A DNA stretch of 64,000 bases, from assembly GCA_000002435.2 (NCBI GenBank), contig CM018792.1. One strand, written 5' to 3'. A model generated the notes under the pieces. The model ran no database searches. It saw only the letters and a program-made list of their open reading frames with translations, and was not told the DNA's origin. Made by a program: the position numbers and the translations under genes. Of the stretch, positions 19,491 to 28,612 are shown piece after piece (position 1 is the first letter of the stretch; every line of letters begins with the position of its first letter). Source of the stretch: Giardia intestinalis. Lineage: Eukaryota.

Positions 19491-20177
19491 ATGTCAGACA
19501 AGTTCTTTGGCGGGCCTTTCTTCTATGAGAATTCGATCATTAGTGGAGCACTACTGGTGACCGTTCTACTTCTCGGACTTGTTCCCGTTATCTTCGATGT
19601 GTCATCACTATTTCTTCTTAATCCATCCATGATGTTGGAGCAGAACCAATGGTGGCGGCTAGTAACGGGGTTTCTTGTTACAACGAATCCAGACATCCTT
19701 TGTCTCCTGGTGTACCTTCTTTACGTTGGAAGGGCCTATGAAGCGGCAAGTGGACGCTGGGCCTGCGCAAATCTGCTTTTGATAGCAGCTCTGGTATCCT
19801 GCGGTATAGCCTCTGCCCTCTGCTTCTGGAGCTACTATAGGTCGTACTACATTCCTCAATATGCTTTTGGGCTGGGGGCGGCATTTGGAACAGCCTCGAT
19901 CTTGACTAACAAGGGTAAGTGGCAGGCCCCAGTGTTTTCAAAGCTCATGATTTACAATAGCACAGGAACCTATGTGGCACTTGTTATGGCTTTCTTGAAC
20001 AGATTTGCCCTTGAGTCTGCCCTGTTCACTGCTGGTGGAATGTTGGCCGGCTTTTTGGTCGCCAAAAAGGTTCCGCCATTTTATATGTGCTGCAAGTGTT
20101 CTCATAGAAGAACAGCTCACGATGTTGATGCTGCGACGAATCTGGTGGAGACTACTACTGAATCTATACTTCAGTAG
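19491..20177 (+). CDS. Derlin/Der1-like (rhomboid-pseudoprotease family) multi-pass membrane protein
   Basis: Four predicted TM helices; the motif QNQWWRLVTGFLV matches the Der1-like Q.WRL.T.F signature. Initiator gtaaaaaagaATG. Confidence 0.5.
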   Translation: MSDKFFGGPFFYENSIISGALLVTVLLLGLVPVIFDVSSLFLLNPSMMLEQNQWWRLVTGFLVTTNPDILCLLVYLLYVGRAYEAASGRWACANLLLIAALVSCGIASALCFWSYYRSYYIPQYAFGLGAAFGTASILTNKGKWQAPVFSKLMIYNSTGTYVALVMAFLNRFALESALFTAGGMLAGFLVAKKVPPFYMCCKCSHRRTAHDVDAATNLVETTTESILQ

Positions 20178-20379
20178 TGGCATCTCCATGTTAACTATCG
20201 ATCGGGCATCCGAGAAGTAACAGTCTGCATATTAATATTTTTCCAGTATTTTTGATTGTAAATCAATCTTATCGTTATGATTAAAGATTGTACTCTTTTA
20301 ATCGGTAAATCAACTTGTCCTTTTACTTTGTGGACGTTGCAAGCTAGTCTTCGTCGTGGCCATAAATAAAAAAGGGTCC

Positions 20380-22359
20380 ATGCCAGGCTGCATTTTATGC
20401 CACAAAGAGGCAGAATCATGTTGTACCTTGTGTTTCTCTCCCCTATGTGAAGATCACCTCTTACCCTTGTCTCTACATAAGCAGCAATGCTCAGCTATCC
20501 TTCTCAAACGATTTACTGAAGCTGCTGCTCAAAGGGAGGTCAGTGACAATGCATCTCCAATGTATCACGATCTTCATAAATTATATATAGAGTGGGAGCA
20601 GGCTGCCACCAGGGTCATGCAGGCCGATGATTGCCTCACTAAGATAGACGCGCTGCTCCAGACACTTTGTCTTAGTAACACCCTATTTGGAAGTGGTCAT
20701 CCTGTGCCACAGGACGCCCTTGTTAGGTTACTTTCTCTTCTATCAGAAAGATATGTAGATGCCAAGGTGGTCATTGAAGTGCTTGACAACTTGGCCGAGT
20801 ATCCGTTGAAAATGACGTCGAAAATAAGGTACCTATACAACCTTTTCATTCTATCGTCCGGGTGTGTGCCCTCTAATTTAAAGGTCATAGGCAGTGATAG
20901 ATACCTGACGGTCAAGCGGAACATAAATCAAGCGATTTTTCTTCTCCTAAATGGTGAAGGGTGTTCAGCTCAGGCTTTGCTAGGAGACTTATTTCACCGT
21001 GACCGTTCACCAATTGAAACAGTGGTTTTGCGTTATGCATGGAGCTGCACTCAAACCAACAACAAAAACCGGCAAACCACTCTTTATTCGGTAACCGAAA
21101 AAGATCTGGAACAATCTTTTCCTAGGCAGTGTGAGGATGGCCATGTCACTATCTTTTTCATGCAACTGCTGCTTTACTTTACATATTATAATAGCCCATC
21201 CAACTACTCTAGTAAAACAGTGCATGACAAGATGGTGCTTGCCAAGTCTATGTTACGAGATACGCTGTATATGCTGCAAGGTGTTTGCACACTGAGCACT
21301 AGCATGTTGGCTGCTCTCTACATTCGAATTCTGGCTGTGCTTGTGGAAACATCATCGCTAAATAGTCTCATATATGAGTACGGCAGAGAAGCCAGCAGAA
21401 TCTTCGCGCAGTTTCTGCTACCTCCGAAGGAGTCGTCCGCACCAGACCAAACGGTAGAAGAGCCTGCTGGTTCCTCCGAGCGAGAATTAGTCATAGATGA
21501 TCTGGATATGACACCGCCTGTACGCAGAAAGATACATCACAGGCTGTGCTTCTTCCCCAGCGACTCCCTTCCGCCCATGCTAATCACAACAGTACCAAAT
21601 AACCCCTGTCTACAGGCAGAGCTAGCCTTCAATGTGACTAGGACTATGAAGTCGATACGTGCCTCAATCTCTAAACGGCAGAAAGAACGGTCGCTAGCAC
21701 GACGCGTAGCCTCGTCCTTTGTCGACCAGCGCATTTTGCCTCTCCATCACAAGAGCCCAAAGGTGAAAGCAATCTCCCAGCATCAAAGTGCACTCATACC
21801 TGCCAGCAATTTACAAAAAGGAGGAGTGGGTTGTGAAATGCTTGGTGGAAGCTCATCCAGGGGAAGAGCGGAGGCAAACCTAAGAGTACACGAAATCCTT
21901 GCAGACATGAGGCAGGCATACAGAGAGCGTACTAAGGCTTGCAACCTATCGGAAAAAATGACACTTGTATCTAACGATATAGACTTGGACTTCTTAGAAC
22001 ATAAATTGTACAGCTCTAGAATTGAAAGCTTTATCAAAAGCCCCGGAGACCAATACATTGCAACTCTTACTAAGGAAGTACTCTCCCCGTACTCTAAGCA
22101 ATCTCTTTGTAAGTTTTCAAAAGAGCTGGCTCGTAGTAGAGAGACAAGAAACCCTGATAGACTGATAAGTAGAAATCTTTGCTCTGTGGATATATCCTCT
22201 CCAGAATCAAAAGAGGCTTTCTCTGAACCACTTAAAACAATGAAGGGCAGTACATGGATTGCAGAGGTAGACGGGTTATTGGCAGCAACAACTGATGTTA
22301 TCAATGAGCTCAATGCTTACGAGATTGACGAGTTGAAGTCCGGTTGCGCACAGGTTTAG
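20380..22359 (+). CDS. Hypothetical protein (660 aa). Track start 20356 is a GTG; the first ATG is 20380, preceded by gccataaataaaaaagggtccATG
   Basis: Long ORF with an AT-rich initiator; no recognisable domain. Overlaps the convergent 2009-aa gene by 50 nt. Confidence 0.5.
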   Translation: MPGCILCHKEAESCCTLCFSPLCEDHLLPLSLHKQQCSAILLKRFTEAAAQREVSDNASPMYHDLHKLYIEWEQAATRVMQADDCLTKIDALLQTLCLSNTLFGSGHPVPQDALVRLLSLLSERYVDAKVVIEVLDNLAEYPLKMTSKIRYLYNLFILSSGCVPSNLKVIGSDRYLTVKRNINQAIFLLLNGEGCSAQALLGDLFHRDRSPIETVVLRYAWSCTQTNNKNRQTTLYSVTEKDLEQSFPRQCEDGHVTIFFMQLLLYFTYYNSPSNYSSKTVHDKMVLAKSMLRDTLYMLQGVCTLSTSMLAALYIRILAVLVETSSLNSLIYEYGREASRIFAQFLLPPKESSAPDQTVEEPAGSSERELVIDDLDMTPPVRRKIHHRLCFFPSDSLPPMLITTVPNNPCLQAELAFNVTRTMKSIRASISKRQKERSLARRVASSFVDQRILPLHHKSPKVKAISQHQSALIPASNLQKGGVGCEMLGGSSSRGRAEANLRVHEILADMRQAYRERTKACNLSEKMTLVSNDIDLDFLEHKLYSSRIESFIKSPGDQYIATLTKEVLSPYSKQSLCKFSKELARSRETRNPDRLISRNLCSVDISSPESKEAFSEPLKTMKGSTWIAEVDGLLAATTDVINELNAYEIDELKSGCAQV

Positions 22360-25300
22360 GGGAAGAGCTATCATCACTGGGCTCCGAGTCGCTGTTACTA
22401 ACGGTGCTGCTAGAAACTTCCTCAAGGTCTTGGCTTGTTTCAGCACTCTTTTCATCCTGATCATCACCTTGTGAACTTTCAAAGCGAACAGACTCACAAA
22501 TGGCTAGATACTCATTATCTGTCAAGGCGGCGATGCCACGCACTAACAGTAGCAAATTACCAATCAGCTTTTCACAGAACTCTGCACATATTGCTATTGT
22601 TTGATCGCCGTTAAAGGAGTCCCAGTTTCCAGCGATGATACGGATGTCATTAATTAGTGATCTAAAACATGTATAGTAGCCAGTGGCAATGCGGTGCATA
22701 ATTAAGTTAAACCATAATGGATGAGCCACTACCCCAGCATATCTCTTTATTCTACCACATGGGTTGGCAAACGTTTCAAGTAAAATGTCCCGATAGGCAG
22801 AGGTGGTTAAAGTAATGTTTATGGCCTCAACAAGTACCAAGAATAGCCTCATTCGTGAAAGTATGGACATGGGATTAAATATTCCATCAAATGTGAGAGC
22901 ATGCTCCTGTCTTGACCTCGAAGATTTGCGCAGTCCAGTATGGGTTCCGGACATGTTGCCAGGTTTGATTCCAAATGGTCTAACGGTCAAGCTTCTGATT
23001 ATTTGAGCAAAGGTAATACTCTCATCGTTATTGGTGCTGCATGATGAGTCAGCTGTACTTACTGTAGTGCTCTGTGGTGATACAAACGAAAAGTCCAAGT
23101 TTGTGTGTGTAATTTCATTAGCTTCTAACGCATAGGGGACTAACTCGGTTACCAGGGATGAGTACAAAGGCGACACCGGTGATTGCGAAGAGGAAGATTC
23201 AATCCCAGAGGCATTAAGTGATAGGGAGAATAGACTGGCGGGTATATATGTCAAAATATTTGTATCGCGAATATATAGATCCTCCAAAATACTGAAGATA
23301 CGTGCACACGTCTCTGCTGAAAACGTAGCAGACTGTGCATCTATGTTATCCCATACAGATGCTTGTTTGACGATTTCTTCTTGGGCTTGGTCTCTTGGAA
23401 CTTGCATGTCTTCAGTAAAGTAGTAAAGGCCTGAGGCAAAGGTATTGTCTCTGTAAAGTTGGTAGCACACACTTACCAAATAAGACTTTGATTCTTCCAA
23501 CTCTAGTTTGCTCAATTGTCGCTTTGTCAGATTATCAGATGGTGCATCAGGGAAGAATGTGTCCAGCACGTGCTCTCTGAACAGTGCTTCTGCTGAGTAA
23601 ATTTTGAGTGTGTCAGTGCGGGTTGTAGCTTTCAGGAATAGGTGATATAATAGACCAAATGCGTGAGGAATATAATGGTCGCCCCATCGCTTTGGAGATC
23701 CATTTCTTACAGCAGTTTGAACCATGAGAAGCCGGGGCGTGGATCGGGGAGAGTAAAAATAAGGTGTCTTCTTGATTGTGTCGTTAAAGAAGGCCGACAT
23801 GTGTTGAACTGAAGAGAGGACAAGCTTCCTGATGTATCCATGCTTGCGCTGGAAGCGAGTATCCTCAGATTCGTAGCTTGAGTCAGATTCTGTGTCTGAA
23901 GCAGAACTTGAGCTTGAGTTTTGCTTGGTCTTGTTACTCGTTTTCGACTCAGACGCCTTCTTAGAGGCAGTATTGGCGCGTAGGACAACATTCCCCCTGC
24001 TTGTTAAGGCAAAGAGCTGTGGATGAAGCACGTGCTCCGGAGCAGGGGCAAAAGGGACCGTTCTATGATAAGCTTCGAGCGGAAATGAGTCTGATATAGT
24101 CTTTATTTTCCTAATGTCTTGAATGGCAGCGGGAGGAAGTACAGATAGCTTTATTGGATAACTGAGACATTCCGCAAGAAGGGTGTCCTCCAGAAGATCA
24201 CAATATTCTAGGCCATGATGGCAATAGAAGTCACTGGTGAAGGTCAATGATGGAAACGATGCCTTAAAGCATTTGGCTACCTGTTCCGATGCACAAGGCC
24301 CCTCCCGAATGTATTTTATCCATTGTCCCAGGACCTTCGATAGCGTCCTCAAGTGGTAGGCGCCAGACCAGTAAGGCAATATCGGAAACTCAGGTATCAG
24401 GTTCCGTGGCTCCAGTAGAAGTGAGTGCGACAGAGGAAGGATTACAAGGTCGTGACTTTTAGTTATCTGCAGATTGTACGTATTTTTTGTGCGCTCATTT
24501 GCTAAAAGCTTGTCCAGAAGTTCATAATCTGGGGTTATCAAGGGAGTTATTTGATCTATGCTGGTTACTGGTTTAATGAGAATGGTAAGTAACGTAAGAG
24601 GCATTCCCACAAAAGGGGGTCTACCCTTGTCTATCTGCCAATACTGAGGGTAAATGTCCTTGATGATTGCAAGGTATGGCTTATTATTGGGGTTTTCGGG
24701 GGCGTCTCCATAAAACCCTGTTTCTGGAGGCGGCCCTATAAGTCGATCTAAGACTGTAATGGTGCTACCAGTTATTCTTTTATCGAAGAAGGAGTCGATG
24801 AATTGGATGGAGTATCGATAATGAACAGGCAACACCAAAATGGCGTCTCCCACCTGGGGTATTGCGTATGAGTTTGCTTTACCTGCAACCAGCGGGGTTG
24901 ATGATGCAAAATCCTTCATGAACTCTATATTTCTCTTAATAAGTGTCTTGTATTGTAAACTGAGAAAGACCTTCGTATACTTTACCAGAGCTGTTGCACT
25001 TGTTACCTTTTCAATATATCTCTTTAAAGGTGGTTCCGACTTGGATTGTTCAACGGTTTCTTTTTTCGTATTCTTTTCCAAAACGAACTCTTCTGTTGTC
25101 TCTATCTCTTCACTATACGCTACGCTGTCAGATCCGCTGCTAGAATAGACAAATGAGTCGGTATCCTGCATGTCTTTTATTCGCTTCTTTTTTCTTCTGC
25201 CAGGGTTTTCTAATGACTCCTCGGAGTCGTTGTCCTTAGTAGATCTTTCATAAGCACCGGATTCGCTAGCTGATGACGAAATCGATGCAGAAGATTCCTC

Positions 25301-28300
25301 CTCCTGTTCCTGCACGTCAGATTCAGACTCAAAGGCGAGCTCATCTGCTCCCAAACTAGAGATGCTGAGGAGAGACCCTTCTGATTCTCCGGGTCCCGAT
25401 TTATTAATGAGGTGTCGCCGTGGATTCCTGATGCGGCGCGGGACAGAAGGAACAACATGACTCGAGATTGCTTCCTCAATACGTGCGATACAATTATCCA
25501 TATCGTCGAAAACATCAGTGTTATCATCCTGTATTTCCTTGACTTGTTTGGTCTGTAATTCTATATTCGAAGAAGCAACGAAGCCAGAGACATCTGTTGC
25601 AAAGAGGGGTTCAGATGTATTGAGCAGGTCCGAGATCAGCTCTATCTTCTCTCGTTGCTTGACATCCTTAAGCGTTGTTACATTCTCTAAAAGCAGAAAC
25701 TTTGATGAAGCACGATCAAGCAAAAATTCAGCCGCTGGTTGACAAAGAATCATAGCATTTAAAGAAGCGCACTTGGGGGTGATGATCCCCAGGTCTAAAT
25801 AGGATAGTTCATTGATTGATCTCATCGAAATAATGCTCTCATAAAATCCATGATAACAATGCTTCTGAGCCTTCTCATAATAACGAGCTAACTCTTCCAG
25901 GTAAGAGGGTAATGACTGCCTTTGCCGGCTCTCTTCCAGCGATGCAGGAATGAAGTAAACAGTACCATAAAATGAGCAGATTGCTAGTGGGTTTTCATAA
26001 TTAGCTAGATATCTCACCGTGTCATATACAGACAGTCCTGTAAACATACTCTTGGGTGCTTTAATGCTGAGCTTGAGCATGTGGTCGGTAGTAAGAGTTC
26101 TTAGATCAAGGTTGGGCAGACGGGTGATCAAGGCATTGTGTAGAGTGTACCGGAAAATGGTATCTATCCTTCCGATGCAATAGACAGAAACCACAAAGTG
26201 ACCCTCCGCCTGCTTGGCCTCAAGTTTAGAAATCAATTGCTTAAGTTGGTTTGGCGAGTCGAATAGTAGACAGCTATCATCAGAAAAATGACACTCCACA
26301 GCTAACTCCTCTGACAGAATTTTTGATATGCTAGTGCTTAACTCTTCGTGAAACATCTTCATTCCTGTGACGTTCAGGATCGCCTTGGCCCCTTTGATCA
26401 TTAATGGTTGAGTTGTAGGTGAAGATAGTTGCTCTGTAGGCAGCAAAGATGATGCCGTGAGTGCAGAGTTAACAGACTCATCTGGATCTGTCCCATATCG
26501 AGCGCTAAAGATCCCTGGTAGCTCAAAGAACAGGAACTGCTCTTGAGGAGAAATATAGCTCGGTGGAAATGTTGCCCCAATACCAATGGACATTATCTGG
26601 CCAGTGACATTCGAGACGAATAGCTCTCCGGTCTCTGAACTAAGGCAGATATCGCTAAAGACCAAACCCTCATTGTCTTGAGAAGAACATGGCATGCGGA
26701 TGTTCCAGACATTCTGGGTGCCATCGGGAGAGAGAAAGAAAAGGAAGAGATCCAAAGGAGATATGGTTAAGGGCAGTTCCTCGCCAGTTCGTTCCAGAAA
26801 GCGCAGACCAGTATTTTCCAGGTTCATGGTATCACTGACAACCCAAACATATGGAAGAGATGAGGATGAAGTGGCAGGGACGGCGCAGTTGAAGTAGGGA
26901 TGATTGGATAAGTCAAGACAGCAGATTGAGATACCGAAACCACAACCACACAGTATAACACGCGAAGTAGGTGATACCTTACGCTCAATAAAGGACTCGT
27001 CTGCCCCTAGGGGAAACTCATTTGCTCTATCGTGAGCCTCATCAGTAACCATTTGCTGTTCTAGCAAAGCTAGAGAAGGTGCGGCCGAAATATACGTATA
27101 CAGTAAAGCTAGTTCAAAGAACACGAGATAATTCTTACTAAACTTAGTGTTAGAGCACTTAACTTGTGCTGCAAGATAACGACTGTCGGGACTGATAAAG
27201 AACGATGTACAAGACCAGTAACTGGTGTTTGCCTCGCAGTATGATACGACTGACACAGAAATAAGCGTAAGACACCATGGCTTAAGATCCCGAACCATTG
27301 GAAATGGAAGAATTCGATATCCGCTGGTGTCAGACCCTGAAGACGCTAAGTTGGCGTCTTCAAAAGAGCCAGTATCTAGTTTTGCAAAAGAACCTCTATA
27401 CTCAGATGTGCTATAGGCTAACAAGCAAGACATGTTATGAAAGCTTACGACGAGGAGAAGGTCGTTTGGAGCGTACTGAATGTACTTAGGAAAAATGAGA
27501 ACGGTGCTGAGACCCCATTCTGTCTGTGGAGCTTCAATACAAAAGTGCATTAGATGCATCCCGCACACTTCTCCCCTGATTAGTGTCTGCCCATCGATAG
27601 AAATGTACTTCCATGGAAGCAAAGAGAAAGATCCGTTATCAGTGTATACCTCTTTAATATTGCTCGTCCTGAGAATGGTTATAAATGGCAGCCCATTTGC
27701 TGTCCAGGCGATGGCTAATTCAGTGGATGACTCATTAAGACAAGCCCAAACAATCCGGTTGTTCTCGGCATCAGTTGAGGAGGCTGTGAGCTCCATTATG
27801 ATGGCTGCATCACCTGTCGCGATGCATACTAGAAAGATGATTGCAGAAGATTGTACAATAGCAAAGGGGCTATTCTTAATGGTTAGAAGCTTCTCCAGCT
27901 GGTTTACGTAAAGGCTACTGCTCTTCTTTCCCACTGGCTGGGTTGTTCGTAGATAGCTTGAAGAAATATACGTGCAACTGCAGTAAAGTTCAGGTCCGTC
28001 CGCGATATCCAACGGAATGTCCCACACTATTACCACGTCCATCCACATGGCAACGACATAGCGCTCCTGGCTGATGGCCAGGTCGATTATCCGACTATGG
28101 TGTTCTACTGGAGAAATTAAATAACCGACTAAACGGACCACAGGGCCTTGAACATACCAAAGTTTTACTGCCCCGTCGTCAGATGCACTCACAAGATAGT
28201 GCTTTCTAAGAAGCTGAAGAGGAGTAAAGCCAACCCCATGGATCTGATGCCCATGGACAATAAAATTTCTTACAATCACGCCACTAAAGTCATGAAAAGC

Positions 28301-28339
28301 ATCTAGGTCTTGACAAGAAAGACCCCTGCGCTGTAGCAT
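22310..28339 (-). CDS. Large hypothetical protein (2009 aa) with N-terminal WD40-like repeat(s) and an acidic/Ser-rich C-terminus
   Basis: HGHQIHGVGFTPLQ...LVSASDDGAVKLWYVQG WD repeat near the N-terminus. Uninterrupted 6-kb ORF. Acidic SDSE/DSEPSDD tracts. Confidence 0.6.
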   Translation of the reverse strand: MLQRRGLSCQDLDAFHDFSGVIVRNFIVHGHQIHGVGFTPLQLLRKHYLVSASDDGAVKLWYVQGPVVRLVGYLISPVEHHSRIIDLAISQERYVVAMWMDVVIVWDIPLDIADGPELYCSCTYISSSYLRTTQPVGKKSSSLYVNQLEKLLTIKNSPFAIVQSSAIIFLVCIATGDAAIIMELTASSTDAENNRIVWACLNESSTELAIAWTANGLPFITILRTSNIKEVYTDNGSFSLLPWKYISIDGQTLIRGEVCGMHLMHFCIEAPQTEWGLSTVLIFPKYIQYAPNDLLLVVSFHNMSCLLAYSTSEYRGSFAKLDTGSFEDANLASSGSDTSGYRILPFPMVRDLKPWCLTLISVSVVSYCEANTSYWSCTSFFISPDSRYLAAQVKCSNTKFSKNYLVFFELALLYTYISAAPSLALLEQQMVTDEAHDRANEFPLGADESFIERKVSPTSRVILCGCGFGISICCLDLSNHPYFNCAVPATSSSSLPYVWVVSDTMNLENTGLRFLERTGEELPLTISPLDLFLFFLSPDGTQNVWNIRMPCSSQDNEGLVFSDICLSSETGELFVSNVTGQIMSIGIGATFPPSYISPQEQFLFFELPGIFSARYGTDPDESVNSALTASSLLPTEQLSSPTTQPLMIKGAKAILNVTGMKMFHEELSTSISKILSEELAVECHFSDDSCLLFDSPNQLKQLISKLEAKQAEGHFVVSVYCIGRIDTIFRYTLHNALITRLPNLDLRTLTTDHMLKLSIKAPKSMFTGLSVYDTVRYLANYENPLAICSFYGTVYFIPASLEESRQRQSLPSYLEELARYYEKAQKHCYHGFYESIISMRSINELSYLDLGIITPKCASLNAMILCQPAAEFLLDRASSKFLLLENVTTLKDVKQREKIELISDLLNTSEPLFATDVSGFVASSNIELQTKQVKEIQDDNTDVFDDMDNCIARIEEAISSHVVPSVPRRIRNPRRHLINKSGPGESEGSLLSISSLGADELAFESESDVQEQEEESSASISSSASESGAYERSTKDNDSEESLENPGRRKKKRIKDMQDTDSFVYSSSGSDSVAYSEEIETTEEFVLEKNTKKETVEQSKSEPPLKRYIEKVTSATALVKYTKVFLSLQYKTLIKRNIEFMKDFASSTPLVAGKANSYAIPQVGDAILVLPVHYRYSIQFIDSFFDKRITGSTITVLDRLIGPPPETGFYGDAPENPNNKPYLAIIKDIYPQYWQIDKGRPPFVGMPLTLLTILIKPVTSIDQITPLITPDYELLDKLLANERTKNTYNLQITKSHDLVILPLSHSLLLEPRNLIPEFPILPYWSGAYHLRTLSKVLGQWIKYIREGPCASEQVAKCFKASFPSLTFTSDFYCHHGLEYCDLLEDTLLAECLSYPIKLSVLPPAAIQDIRKIKTISDSFPLEAYHRTVPFAPAPEHVLHPQLFALTSRGNVVLRANTASKKASESKTSNKTKQNSSSSSASDTESDSSYESEDTRFQRKHGYIRKLVLSSVQHMSAFFNDTIKKTPYFYSPRSTPRLLMVQTAVRNGSPKRWGDHYIPHAFGLLYHLFLKATTRTDTLKIYSAEALFREHVLDTFFPDAPSDNLTKRQLSKLELEESKSYLVSVCYQLYRDNTFASGLYYFTEDMQVPRDQAQEEIVKQASVWDNIDAQSATFSAETCARIFSILEDLYIRDTNILTYIPASLFSLSLNASGIESSSSQSPVSPLYSSLVTELVPYALEANEITHTNLDFSFVSPQSTTVSTADSSCSTNNDESITFAQIIRSLTVRPFGIKPGNMSGTHTGLRKSSRSRQEHALTFDGIFNPMSILSRMRLFLVLVEAINITLTTSAYRDILLETFANPCGRIKRYAGVVAHPLWFNLIMHRIATGYYTCFRSLINDIRIIAGNWDSFNGDQTIAICAEFCEKLIGNLLLLVRGIAALTDNEYLAICESVRFESSQGDDQDEKSAETSQDLEEVSSSTVSNSDSEPSDDSSSPKPVRNRTSTRQSRKH

Positions 28340-28612
28340 TCGCGGAGAAGTGAAAAATGTGGTGGTAATATCTGTAAGCGCTTTGGACGCTCGTACTCCT
28401 CTGGTAGCAAGGTTATTAAGTGTCTGTATCTGTGTGTTAGGCTGTTGGGAAAAAATAAATCATACGATAGTATATGTGCTTGCCTTGATCTGTGGCCAGG
28501 AACGGATGGTCTGGAGCAGCTCGAGTGTTTGGGCTTCTGGTACACCTTCTTCGCGAAGGGCCGCAAGAAAAAGAGAGATCACAGAATCCAGCATTTTTTA
28601 ATCTGAAGAGTT